NCBI RefSeq assembly: GCF_006345805.1
Contig: NC_042999.1
Location: 68,386,001 to 68,450,000 of the forward strand
Origin: Octopus sinensis
Taxonomy: Eukaryota
DNA: 64,000 nt
Direction: 5' to 3'
The notes beneath the pieces are model-generated. The model was given only the letters and a program-made list of their open reading frames with translations. It was not told the DNA's origin and searched no databases. Both the position numbers and the translations under genes were made by a program. Positions 10,037-21,168 of the stretch are shown here, one piece after another (the stretch's first letter is position 1; the number at the start of each line of letters is the position of its first letter).

Positions 10037-10711
10037 CTTTATAACATATACATTTATACCATTAAGCATACAAATAACACTCTTCATATTGGCTAATTTC
10101 CTATGAAAGAGTTCTGTTTCTCGCTAAAAAACAAATGGCTGCTTTCCGATTTGTGAGAAAGTCGAAAATAAAATCAAGCGTAGATATGCCAAGTCAACGG
10201 ACGCGCTCAGAATTTTGAATTGTTAACCAATATGGGCCAAAATAGAACATTCCATTGGTGGTCCGCTTTCCGTAAGTGAGGGCTCGAAAATTTTGAGCGT
10301 TGGACGATATAGTATCACCATCAAACAAGATGTTCATGAGTGCCTAGGTTATGCTAGAGTTAATAGATACCGTCGTTTGTATTGGCCTCGAAAACTAATT
10401 TATTGTCGTCTGTATATCTACTGGCCCAATCGTATGTATTTGTCTATATCTGAAAACATGGTGACCAAGATGAGTTTCGGAAACGTATCAAGTAATATTA
10501 CAATTATTACTACAGACTTTTCAGATTTGGTTCCGTTAGCCGCCGTCATTTGTCTTAAGGTTTTTAGCAAATCAAAGATCCAAATGCCCACCTTTTTGTT
10601 ATGTCAATAAGAATGGACATTTAATATTCTATCATTTCATTATCTTATATTATTATAAAATTGTAAATATAACGTGAAAATCAAAGTTGGAATTCCTTTG
10701 ATTATACATAC

Positions 10712-10809
<98 letters not shown>

Positions 10810-11692
10810 TTGAAAAATGAATAGAAATGGCTCTTCTGATAATTTTTCCTCTTTAATAATTAGATCTTGACTTGATAAGTTTAAACTTAACATCTAATTA
10901 TTTAAGTGGAAAAAAAATCATCTGAAAAGCCATATCTATTCATTTTTCAAATATATTATACATACCAGGGACTTTTCTTATTCTATATATATATATATAT
11001 ATATATAAATACAAACACACAAGCAAACATATATACAGGTGTGTATATCTTCACACACATACGTACATACAGACACATACACGCGCACATATACAGATAT
11101 GTGTGTTGCGTTGTGTGTATGTATGTGTGCATCTGTTCACTACAAAAGCCTGTATCTATAATAATCTTAATCATTTGTGAGATCATGTGTGAGAATGTGA
11201 ATTTATGAATTTATAAAATCTGTGTGCCTATGTGTCTGCTGTGATAAATCAACAAATTAAATAGTCTAATTTACGAGTAAAAAAGCCAACAAAACAATCC
11301 AGCCGCCTATCTCTTGCCAACTTGTTAGTTACGCTTTACAGCTTGTCTAAAACAACTTTCAATATGGCGACTGATAAGCTTCGCAACTCTTTGTATATTT
11401 CAACTGCCATATTTTCGCGCTCTGTCAATTAATTCATACAATTTACATGGTGGTTTTTTTTTTGTTCTCCATTTTATGTTTTTTTGTCCCTTTTAATTGT
11501 TATTTGATTTGTTTCTCCATTTACGATACATTCAATATTCTACTTGTAGTAAATGAGAAAAGAAAAAAAAAACATACACACGCATCATCATCATTATCAT
11601 CATCCTCACTAACAATGTCCCCCTAATCATTACCATTACCACCCTTACCACCACCACCATCATTTTTTCCTGTTATTATTAAGGCAGCAAAT

Positions 11693-11925
11693 AAGGCGAT
11701 GAGCTGGCAGAATCGTTAGCACGCTGGAAGAAATGCTTAGTGGTATTTCGCCCGTCACTACTTTCTGAGTTCAAATTCCACCGAGGTCAACTTTGCCTTT
11801 CATCCTTCGGGGTCGATAAAATAAGTGCCAGTTGAACACTGGAGTCAATTGAATCGACTTAATCCCTCCCACAAACTTCTTGGTTTTGAGCCATTGTCCC
11901 CTCTCATCCTTCGCCCTTGTGGCAA
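11693..11925 (+). mobile_element. SINE S2, diverged
   Basis: GAGCTGGCAGAATCGTTAGCAC...GCCTTTCATCCTTCGGGGTCGATAAAATAAGT. Confidence 0.75.
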
Positions 11926-11934
11926 ATAGATGAC

Positions 11935-12351
11935 ATTATTATTATATAGAATTTGCCTTCTTTCTTCAAATTTTCTTCCGTTTCTCGCCGAGTGTTTTCC
12001 ATACACCTAGGGCAGAGAAGTTCATTGTATGCATTCCCAGATTACACGCACAAATTCACAGATAAAATATGTATTTAAAAATTGATAAATAAATAAATTC
12101 ATGGATGGATGTTGTTTTCACAGCGATAATGCTTTTCTCAGTACATGAGCCGTTCCAGTTAATACGATTTTTTGCACTTCCTGTAGGGATGGTAAGCCTG
12201 GAATCATTTTCAAATAGGTTTCAGCACCTTTTTTTTTATCATTACTTGAGATCCTACAATCACTGGTACTGTAGTCGCCTTGAGATGCCACATTTTTTCA
12301 ATTTCTATTAGCAAGTCTTTATATTTACTAATCTTGTCAAATTCTTTCGCC
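11935..12351 (-). mobile_element. 5'-truncated RLE-type LINE (Dong/R4-like) 3' end, element 2
   Basis: Minus strand AKEFDKISKYKDLLIEIEKMWHLKATTVPVIVG...LQEVQKIVLTGTAHVLRKALSL* (stop 12118-12120), 3' UTR, short (AAT)n tail. Confidence 0.8.
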
Positions 12352-12466
12352 GCTATATTGTGATCGCAATGCTATATTGTGATCGCAACGTTATATTGTG
12401 ATCGCAAACGCTATATTGTGATCGCAAACGCTATATTGTGATCGCAAGCGCTATATTGTGATCGCA
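12352..12466. repeat. Six copies of a 19-20-bp unit at the LINE 5' junction
   Basis: GCTATATTGTGATCGCAA at 12352, 12371, 12390, 12410, 12430 and 12450. Confidence 0.9.
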
Positions 12467-12900
12467 TTATTATTATTATTAACAACTACATATTTTGTTA
12501 GTAAGCGCGAGACATTGTCTTGAGGATTTGTGACAACGAGTCTTCTCAAATCTCAAGAAACTTTCTAGAATTTTTGCAAAACACAGGATTGCACTTTACG
12601 GCAAATCGGCGATACCAGTCTAAATTCCAATATCCTTCGGTCTTTTAGGTAGTCTTTTGGGTTTTGTGCCAATGCACCAATTACCACGAGAATAGCTATC
12701 GTCTTAGTCTTCCTCGATCTCTTCATATCTCTGGGTAGGTCCTGTTATTTAGAGATTTTTTCAGTTTCTTTTTTGGTATTGCAAAGTCTATGATCTTACA
12801 CTGTTTGTCTTTGTCCTCCATAACCATATTGGGTTTTCTTGTTTCAATAATTTGATCAGTTTTTATGGGAAAGTCGCATAAAAATTTTATGGGAATGTCG
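12467..12900 (-). mobile_element. Degenerate RLE-type LINE (Dong/R4-like) 3' end, element 1
   Basis: Minus strand DFPIKTDQIIETRKPNM..KDKQCKIIDFAIP..EK...QDL...VVIGAL (PD..D/ExK RLE motif pattern); (AAT)5 tail. Confidence 0.7.
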
Positions 12901-13529
12901 TATAATTATTATTTTCTATCACAGGTTCTGGTTCGTGTTCATACCACTTTACTCTTACAATGAATATCTATATCATCATCAAAATGAACGACGTGGTCAT
13001 CATAACCATATACTAGATCGCTCACTTGCTTTGTATCAAACGGGGACAGCTGTGACTCCAATGTTACAGTTAAGTCAGTTGAGAAACAAAACACCCAACC
13101 GGATACACACACAACCACGCAGACGACGGTGTGTGTGCATGTGTGTTTGGAGATAGAACTGTGTGATTACAACAGTCTTGTTTGTCGAAGCTGGCAGACG
13201 AATCATGTCTTGAGTTCAGTTTGCAGAAAGATGATATGTCTCAAAGCTAAATAGCTATTGTCATGTATAATTATTTGATGTGACTATTCTGAGTCGTTTA
13301 ACTATGTTTTATGTTTTATATATTTATTCTGCAGACAAATATCGCAAGTTTAAAGATCATGCACATTTATTGAACATACTGTGGTCGTATGCCTTAAATT
13401 CAGATCGTTAGAAATGACTGCGTCATACAGCGTGCGCGTGGGCATGTGTATGAATGTTTATACCTGTATATATATTCGTTTCTGTAAATGTATATAAATA
13501 TATGTATACAAAAATATACATATAGGTAT

Positions 13530-13740
13530 GTATTGGGAGATTTTACGAAAAAAAAAAACAAAAGACGAAGAAAGGTGGTGTACAAAACAAACAGATGTAT
13601 TAATATAACGCTCAGAAATAGAAAAAGTCTTTTACGTTTCGAGCCTACGCTCTTCTACAGAAAGGGACAGAAAAAACAAGGAGAGAAACAAAGAGAGAAA
13701 AAAATGTGTGAAGTGGCTAACGATCTATCATGGCGACTAT
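13530..13740 (-). mobile_element. Penelope-type repeat family 5, with hammerhead at 13629-13664
   Basis: Minus strand CTTT-CTGTAGA-A-GAGC GTAG GCTC-GAAA-CGT-A-AAAG; homologous copies at 19930, 48180 and 62940. Confidence 0.7.
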
Positions 13741-14309
13741 AGATATGTGTATATATAGATATATGTGCACGTATACACGCGTGCATACACACACACACAG
13801 AAAGAGAAACGTTTGCAATCCTATATAAGTACATACATACATATATAAATGCATGCACACATGTCGATACATATGTATATATATTTTAGCCTGGCAGGGT
13901 ATAAAAGTAGGGCATTATCAGAGAAGCACTCAACCCAGGTTCTGGGCAGTCGGATTCCAGATCAATACCGAAATTCTTAAAGTGTAGAAATCCTAGACTC
14001 ACCATAGCAAAACCGTTGTGTGGCTGTGGCGAAGAATTAACTATAATTCAAAATATAAGAAGACAAAGAAATCCTTCAACACATTTCTAATGATTCGTTA
14101 TAATTATTTCTCTACCACCTCTGCTTGCAACACCAGTTTACGCAAAATTTCAATGCGAAAATTTATGTAATGTTTGCAGTTTTAGACATTACAGTTGCAC
14201 TTCATCAGAAGTACCTTACCTTTATACATTAGCAGGACCTAACCGATAATTATTTTATCGACTTCGTAAGGATGAACAACAAAGTCGCAGAACATGTCCG
14301 TGGGCAGTA

Positions 14310-14507
14310 GTTCAATCCCAGTCAGTGACTTGAATAAATAATAATAACATCAGTAAATACTACCTTAGGAATGAGAACAGAGTACCCCGTTAGTCAAACA
14401 AAACGCTGGGTTCAAAATTCTACTAGAACACTTGATGAAGGCTGGAGAGTACATCAGTCGAAACAACACCATGATGACACCTCTCTGCCCATTGTAAATA
14501 TTGCGTT
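14310..14507 (+). mobile_element. SINE S5, degenerate second copy
   Basis: CAGTGACTTGAAT-(AAT)n-TACCTTAGGAATGAGAAC...ACAC-TTGATGA-A-GGCTG GAGAGTACAT CAGTC-GAAAC; 27-bp insertion. Confidence 0.6.
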
Positions 14508-14576
14508 TATGAGCTTAAAATCTTATAAAATAAAACAAATTTCGGATTTGTATATTTACACTAAATGTATGCAATG

Positions 14577-14954
14577 TTCTTTATTCTTTTACTTGCTTCA
14601 GTCATTTGACTGCGGCCATACTGGAGCACCATCTTAAAGGGTTTTAGCGGTAGAAATCGACCCCATGACTTATTCTTTGTAAGTCTAGTACTTATTCTAT
14701 CGAACTCTTTTGCCGAACAGCTAAGTAACGCGGACGTAAACACAAACATCGGTTTTCAAGCGATGGTGGGAGGAACACACACACACACACACAACGGGCT
14801 TTTTTCAGTTTCTGTCTACCAAATCCACTCACAAGAATTTGGTCGGCCCGAGGTTATAGTAGAAGACACTTACTGAAGGTACCACGCAGTGGGACTGAAC
14901 CCGGAACCATGTAGTTGGGAAGCAAGCTTCTTACCACACAGCCACACATGCGCC
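14577..14954 (-). mobile_element. SINE S1, full length
   Basis: Reverse complement of the S1 head, CORE-like domain and 3' half. Confidence 0.8.
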
Positions 14955-14970
14955 TATTATTTTATTAATA

Positions 14971-15135
14971 GGCGTAGGAGTGGCTGTGTGGTAAGAAGCT
15001 TGCTTGCTTCTCAACCACACAGTTTCGGATTCAGTCCCACTGCGTGACATCTTGGGCAAGTGTATTCTACTATAGCTTTGGGGCAACCAAAGCCTTGTGA
15101 GTAGATTTGGTAGATGGAAACTGAAAGAAGCCCAT

Positions 15136-15199
<64 letters not shown>

Positions 15200-15412
15200 G
15201 GTGTGTGTGTGTCTTTGTGTCTGTTTGTCCTCCACCAGTGCTGGGGTGTTTATGTGCTCGTGACATAGCGGTTCGGCAAAAGAAATCGGTATAATAGGAA
15301 CTAGGCATTAAAAAAATTCCTGGAGTCGATTTGTTCGACTAAAAACTCTTGAAGGTGGTGCTCCAGCATGGCCATAATCAAATGACTGAAACAAATTAAG
15401 CATAAAAGATAT
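14971..15412 (+). mobile_element. SINE S1, full length, head-to-head with the previous copy
   Basis: GGCGTAGGAGTGGCTGTGTGGTAAGAAGC...GGATTCAGTCCC...TCTTGGGCAAGTG. Confidence 0.8.
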
Positions 15413-15644
15413 AAGTGTATTTCTGCGAAATTTCAACCTACGTTCGTTACGTTATCTCTCATCTTGTTTTTCTTTTACTCTCTTTCTTTTTCTTTCTCTC
15501 TCTCTCTCTCTCTCTCTCCCTCTCTCTCTCTCTCACACACACACACACAATTATTGTGTCTGGCGAGAGTCACAACTCTCCTCAGACAATAAAATATGCT
15601 TCAACATGAGAATTCGCATAAAGAATCTTGCAAACCAAAAAACG

Positions 15645-15651
15645 ATATATA

Positions 15652-15697
<46 letters not shown>

Positions 15698-15728
15698 TAT
15701 GTATATACACACACATATATATATGTAT

Positions 15729-15759
<31 letters not shown>

Positions 15760-16018
15760 CATACACATACATATATACATACACACACATAAATATATAT
15801 ACATACATACACACACATATATATATACATACATACACACACATATATATATATACATACATACACACATATATATATATACACATACACACACATATAT
15901 ATATACACATACACACACATATATATATATATACATACACACACATATATATATATACATACACACACATATATATATATACATACACATATATATATAT
16001 ATATATACATACATGTAT

Positions 16019-16049
<31 letters not shown>

Positions 16050-16570
16050 CACATATATATATATACATACACACACATATATATATATATATACATACAC
16101 ACATATATATATATATACATACACACACATATATATATATACATACACACACATATATATATATACATACACACACATATATATATATATACATACACAT
16201 ATATATATACATACACACACATATATATACATACACACACATATATATATACATACACACATATATATATATACATACACACATATATATATATATACAT
16301 ACACACATATATATACATACACACACATATATATATACATACACACACATATATATATACATACACACACATATATATATACATACACACACATATATAT
16401 ATATACATACACACACACATATATATATATACACACACACATATATATATACACACACACATATATATATACACACACATATATATATATACACACATAT
16501 ATATATATACACACACACACACATATATATACACACACACACATATATATACACACACACACACATATAT

Positions 16571-16603
<33 letters not shown>

Positions 16604-16656
16604 CATATATACACACACACACACATATATATACACACACACACATATATATACAC

Positions 16657-16695
<39 letters not shown>

Positions 16696-16722
16696 CATAC
16701 ACACATATATATATACACATAC
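15645..16722. repeat. Compound (TA)n/(CA)n/TACA micro/minisatellite
   Basis: About 20-bp higher-order unit CATACACACACATATATATATATA repeated over about 1 kb. Confidence 0.95.
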
Positions 16723-16899
16723 ATTTTTCCCCCATCGAAGTACGATAGGCTGAAAAAAAATTAATTTTATAGTTCACGGTTAGCAACAGGAGTTGTGTAA
16801 ATATGATCGTATCTCCAACGAGTTAACACGGGATCTCTGAAGGACAATGTAAACTTCATATAATCAAGGTGTCCTTGGCCCGAATGGTATCCTGCAGTT

Positions 16900-17132
16900 A
16901 AGGCAGCGAGCTGGCAGAAACGTTAGCGCGCCGGCCGAAATGCTTAGCAGTGTTTCGTCTGCCGTTACGTTCTGAGTTCAAATTCCGCCGAGGTCGACTT
17001 TGCCTTTCATCCTTTCGGGGTCGATAAATTAAGTACCAGTTACGCACTGGGGTTGACGTAATGGACTTAATACCTTTGTCTGTCCTTGTTTGTCCCCTCT
17101 ATGTTTAGCCCCTTGTGGGTAATAAAGAAATA
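16900..17132 (+). mobile_element. SINE S2 with 14-bp target-site duplication
   Basis: GGTATCCTGCAGTT at 16886-16899 and 17133-17146. Confidence 0.9.
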
Positions 17133-17748
17133 GGTATCCTGCAGTTTTGATAACTTACCACTTCCGAGGTTCCGCTAGCTATGAAATATATGTAGCCTGG
17201 ATTTTTATCTAGTCCAATCCCTAATTTTTGAATGTTTATTTACACACACACACAAACACACACAAACAACCAATATTTTCATCAGCTATTATGTCATAGA
17301 AATATTCTGTACGGCATGTAATTTTGATATTATAAGAAAAGGCGTTGACTGGTTCCCTGATTGTTCAAGTATTTATGTTATATCGGAGTTAATATTCCAT
17401 GGTTGAATAAAAAATAATGAAAAGCTGGAGGCTAAAATTAGAACTAATATAAATAAGAAACCTAGAATTGTATTTGTAAATATTATATTAAAATGTAAGC
17501 TAGCTCTTTATGTTTATATATTGTTTCCAGTGCGTTACTCAGACAGAAACTGAGACTATTCTCACATAATTAGGCTGCTCCCCTCAATTATAATATTTCG
17601 CTATGGTTATGTAATTCTGATTTAAAGGCAAGTTAGGTAAATACTGAATTAATGATGGGATAATAAATGTTTAGAAGTATTGTTGAGTGTGATCTGATTG
17701 CATGACGGAAGAAGGGCAGACTCAATTTAAGAGTAAGGTTGAATTAGA

Positions 17749-17786
<38 letters not shown>

Positions 17787-17945
17787 CCCTTCTTTCAATT
17801 CAATAGTGAAAAATTAGATTATACCATTTAGAAAAATTATATATTCTGGAAAGATTAAATATAAGATAAAACATAACAATGATTAAGTAATTTTTCACTA
17901 TTGAATTGATGATAAAAGGTGTTTTTTTTCTAATTTATATATACA

Positions 17946-18341
17946 CTAGCAGTATCGCCCGGCGTTGCTCGGGTTTGTAAGGGAAATAACTATATAAGCA
18001 TTTTTAGAGAGTTATAGCCAAAAAATAGGAAAAAAATGCATTAAAAATGGAAAAAAAATTAAGGTAAATTTCTTTTTAAATCGTTGACACATCGTAGATA
18101 TTTTTAGAGAGTTACTTCCCTTATATAATAGCGAAAAAAATGCATTAAAATGGAAAAATATGATGGTAAATTTTTTTAAATCGTAGACTCATCGTAGACG
18201 CGCGCTAATACCCAGAAGGGCTCGATATGACTCACGACTATAAGATACCCGGTTTTGGTTACACTGCACCGCAAAATGTGGGAGTAGTTAGGAATCTAAA
18301 TCGTAGGAGACAGACACACAACTTCACTCTATATATAAAGA
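17946..18341 (-). mobile_element. Helitron family A
   Basis: A|CTAGCAGTATCGCCCGGCGTTGCTCGGG ... ATATATAAAGA|T (reverse complement of TC...CTAG). Confidence 0.85.
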
Positions 18342-18453
18342 TATAAGTCACGTAGTTATATACACATACTTTGTTATATACACATTCTTAAAAGAAAATG
18401 TTATTTTGAATACAACATTTATAAAGAATAAAATATTTTTTGGTTTTTCTTAA

Positions 18454-18725
18454 CCCTTTCGTTACTATATTTCTGACCAAAATCACCCCTTATGTGTTTC
18501 AATTAATTTCTAACGTAATCATAAATTTATCTGGTTTCATTAAACAACTAGAACTTTTTATTTATGAATATATAATCTGATTTTTGAAGATAATTAGTGA
18601 AATGTTCTCAACCAATTCTATACTATATTTTTGTCACAAAGTGACTCTAATGCAGGTAGATACAGGTAAATTCAACAATATATAAATTTATTAAAATTTT
18701 GTTCAAACATCGTTATAGAAAGGGT
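18454..18725. mobile_element. piggyBac-like MITE
   Basis: TTAA|CCCTTTCGTTAC ... GTTATAGAAAGGG|TTAT. Confidence 0.45.
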
Positions 18726-19144
18726 TATTAGCTAATATTCAATTGGGTACAAACAAATTTTACGATAGAATTTGTTTTCTCTGGGTAACTTTCTGATACC
18801 CAATAATAATATTTATGGCAAAATAGGCTTAATTTAATTTAAGGTTGTGGGCAATAACAAACTATCCTTTCTTTTCGCTTTGTTTACGTTTAGCGTAATG
18901 ATTTCAAATAGGCTCATTCGAAAAAGTAAAAAGAAATAGTTTAAGGCTTTATACTCTCTGGGAAAGTCTGTGGCTTGGTGCAGTTTCTTCAAAAAATCAC
19001 CGAAAGAAACAGTTTTTAAATTTTCACTCCATTCAGGTACCAATTCATTTTCTTAATCGCTGTCGGATTCACTGTTTTCACTTTAATAGCTGCAAACTTG
19101 CAAAGACAAAGGAGGAAAGGGTGATAGCGTCAGTGAAACAGTCG

Positions 19145-19399
19145 CTCCCTTTGTGTGTGTGTGCTTTTGCGTGTGGTGTATCCCACATTAAGAAAAACAT
19201 TGACATATACACCAGAATGTGAGTTTTCTCTAAATTTGCTTAATTGGGGGTGAAATTTTTAAAAAAAACCGGACCTGGCATGACCGATGCATTCTACTCT
19301 TAAAAATGCTAGGTAAATTGTAATTGAAGAAATCCTATATTGTAGATTTCTATAACTTACAAAGGGAGGCAGATAAAATCTGCCTTTTATAATAAGAGA
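19145..19399 (-). mobile_element. Helitron-like 5' module D
   Basis: Reverse complement of ATCTCTTATTATAAAAGGCAGATTTTATCTGCCTCCC...GCATCGGTCATGCCAGGTCC. Confidence 0.55.
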
Positions 19400-19504
19400 T
19401 ATATTATATTTTGTGAAATTTGATTTAGTATTTTTAAATTGAATTTTTCCCTGTAAGTTTGGAATAATATTCCCTCATATTATAATATATATATATATAT
19501 GTAT

Positions 19505-19745
19505 ATATATGAAATGGCGGGGTCGGTCCTCGTTACTCCGCAAGGAGCTTAAGGCTAGTTTTTCGGTGTCCCTGGACGGCGCGCCGGTCTTTCGTGGGAT
19601 TACTCATCTGTGCCAGCTGAGTGGACTGCAGCACCGTGAAATGAAGTGTTTTGCTCAAGAACACAATGTGTCGTCCGGTCTAGAAATCGAAACCACAACC
19701 TTACGATCATGACTCTAACACTGACTACGGAGCCATACGTCTCCA
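19505..19745 (-). mobile_element. SINE S3 (tRNA head + CACTTCATTTCAC..GCTGC.GTCCACTCAGCTG core)
   Basis: Homologous to 41588-41930, 26160-26425 and 60135-60455. Confidence 0.7.
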
Positions 19746-19929
19746 CAATTCCACAAAAAAGAATATATATATAAGTTTATATGTAATATTAGATATTGTT
19801 AAATTATATGCGATTCACCAGATTGCTAATTATTTCCGATAAAAGAAGTACGTACGTACGTACATACATACATCATACATACTACATACATACATTATAT
19901 TATATATATATATTATATATATATTATTA

Positions 19930-20112
19930 TATATATATAGATCGTTAGCCACTACACATTTTTTTTCTTCCTCCTGTTTTTTCTTGTGTTCCTTTCTGTA
20001 GAAGAGCGTAGGCTCGAACGTAAAAGACTTTTTCTATTCCTGAGCGTTTAATAATACATCTGTTTGTTTGTACACATCTGTCTTCGTCTTCTGTTTTTTC
20101 GTAACTCTCCCT
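19930..20112 (+). mobile_element. Penelope-type repeat family 5 (hammerhead 19992-20026, one A of GAAA lost)
   Basis: CTTT-CTGTAGA-A-GAGCGTAGGCTC-GAA-CGTA-AAAG. Confidence 0.65.
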
Positions 20113-20171
20113 ATTATATATATATATATTATAATATATATATATATATATAGATTATATATATATATGTA

Positions 20172-20206
<35 letters not shown>

Positions 20207-20218
20207 GATATTATATAG

Positions 20219-20249
<31 letters not shown>

Positions 20250-20318
20250 ATATATATATGGAGATATTATTATATTATATATAGTATATATATATATTTA
20301 ATATATATATATGTATAT

Positions 20319-20412
<94 letters not shown>

Positions 20413-20423
20413 TATAGTATATG

Positions 20424-20474
<51 letters not shown>

Positions 20475-20562
20475 AGATATATATAGATTATTATATATAT
20501 ATATATATGTAATATAATTAGTATATAATATATTGTATATATATATATATATATATTATATG

Positions 20563-20596
<34 letters not shown>

Positions 20597-20636
20597 TATA
20601 TATATATAGATATATGTATATATATATATGTATATA

Positions 20637-20684
<48 letters not shown>

Positions 20685-20720
20685 TATATATTATTATATA
20701 TAATATATATCTATATATAT
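20113..20720. repeat. Degenerate (TA)n tract
   Basis: Direct reading of the sequence. Confidence 0.95.
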
Positions 20721-20724
20721 TTTT

Positions 20725-21124
20725 AGTTTTTTCTTTCATTTGTTTCAGTCATTTGACTGCAGCTATGCTGGAGCACCGCCTTTAGTCGCACAAATCGACA
20801 CCAGGACTTATTCTTTGTAAGCCTAATACTTATTCTATCGGCATTTTTGTCGAACCGCTATATTACGGAGACGTAAACATACCAACATCGGTTATCAAAC
20901 GATGGGTTGGAGGACAAACACAGACACACAAATATATATATATATATATACATAAATTTAAATACGACGGGCTTCTTTCAGCTTCCGTCCACCAAATCCA
21001 CTCACAAGGCTTTGGTCGGCCCGAGGCTATAGTAGAAGACACTTGGCCAAGGTGTCACGCACTGGGACTGAACCTGGAACCATGTGACTGGTAAGCAAGC
21101 AACTTAGCACATAGCCACTCCTGC
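20725..21124 (-). mobile_element. SINE S1, full length
   Basis: Reverse complement of S1. Confidence 0.8.
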
Positions 21125-21131
21125 ATATACA

Positions 21132-21167
<36 letters not shown>

Positions 21168-21168
21168 T

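Noticed and set aside
15551-16753. ORFs of 320-385 aa (Y/I/H/T- or C/V/Y/M-rich); similar ones at 27444-30576, 52297-52734 and 56642-57323
   Set aside because: Translations of (TA)n/(CA)n/(TACA)n tracts, which lack stop codons in several frames. No coding signal.
17154-17232. Candidate minus-strand exon ending in GTAAGT (also donor-like sites near 55710 and acceptor-like sites near 47420)
   Set aside because: Frames contain stops or the acceptors are poor; no consistent gene model.
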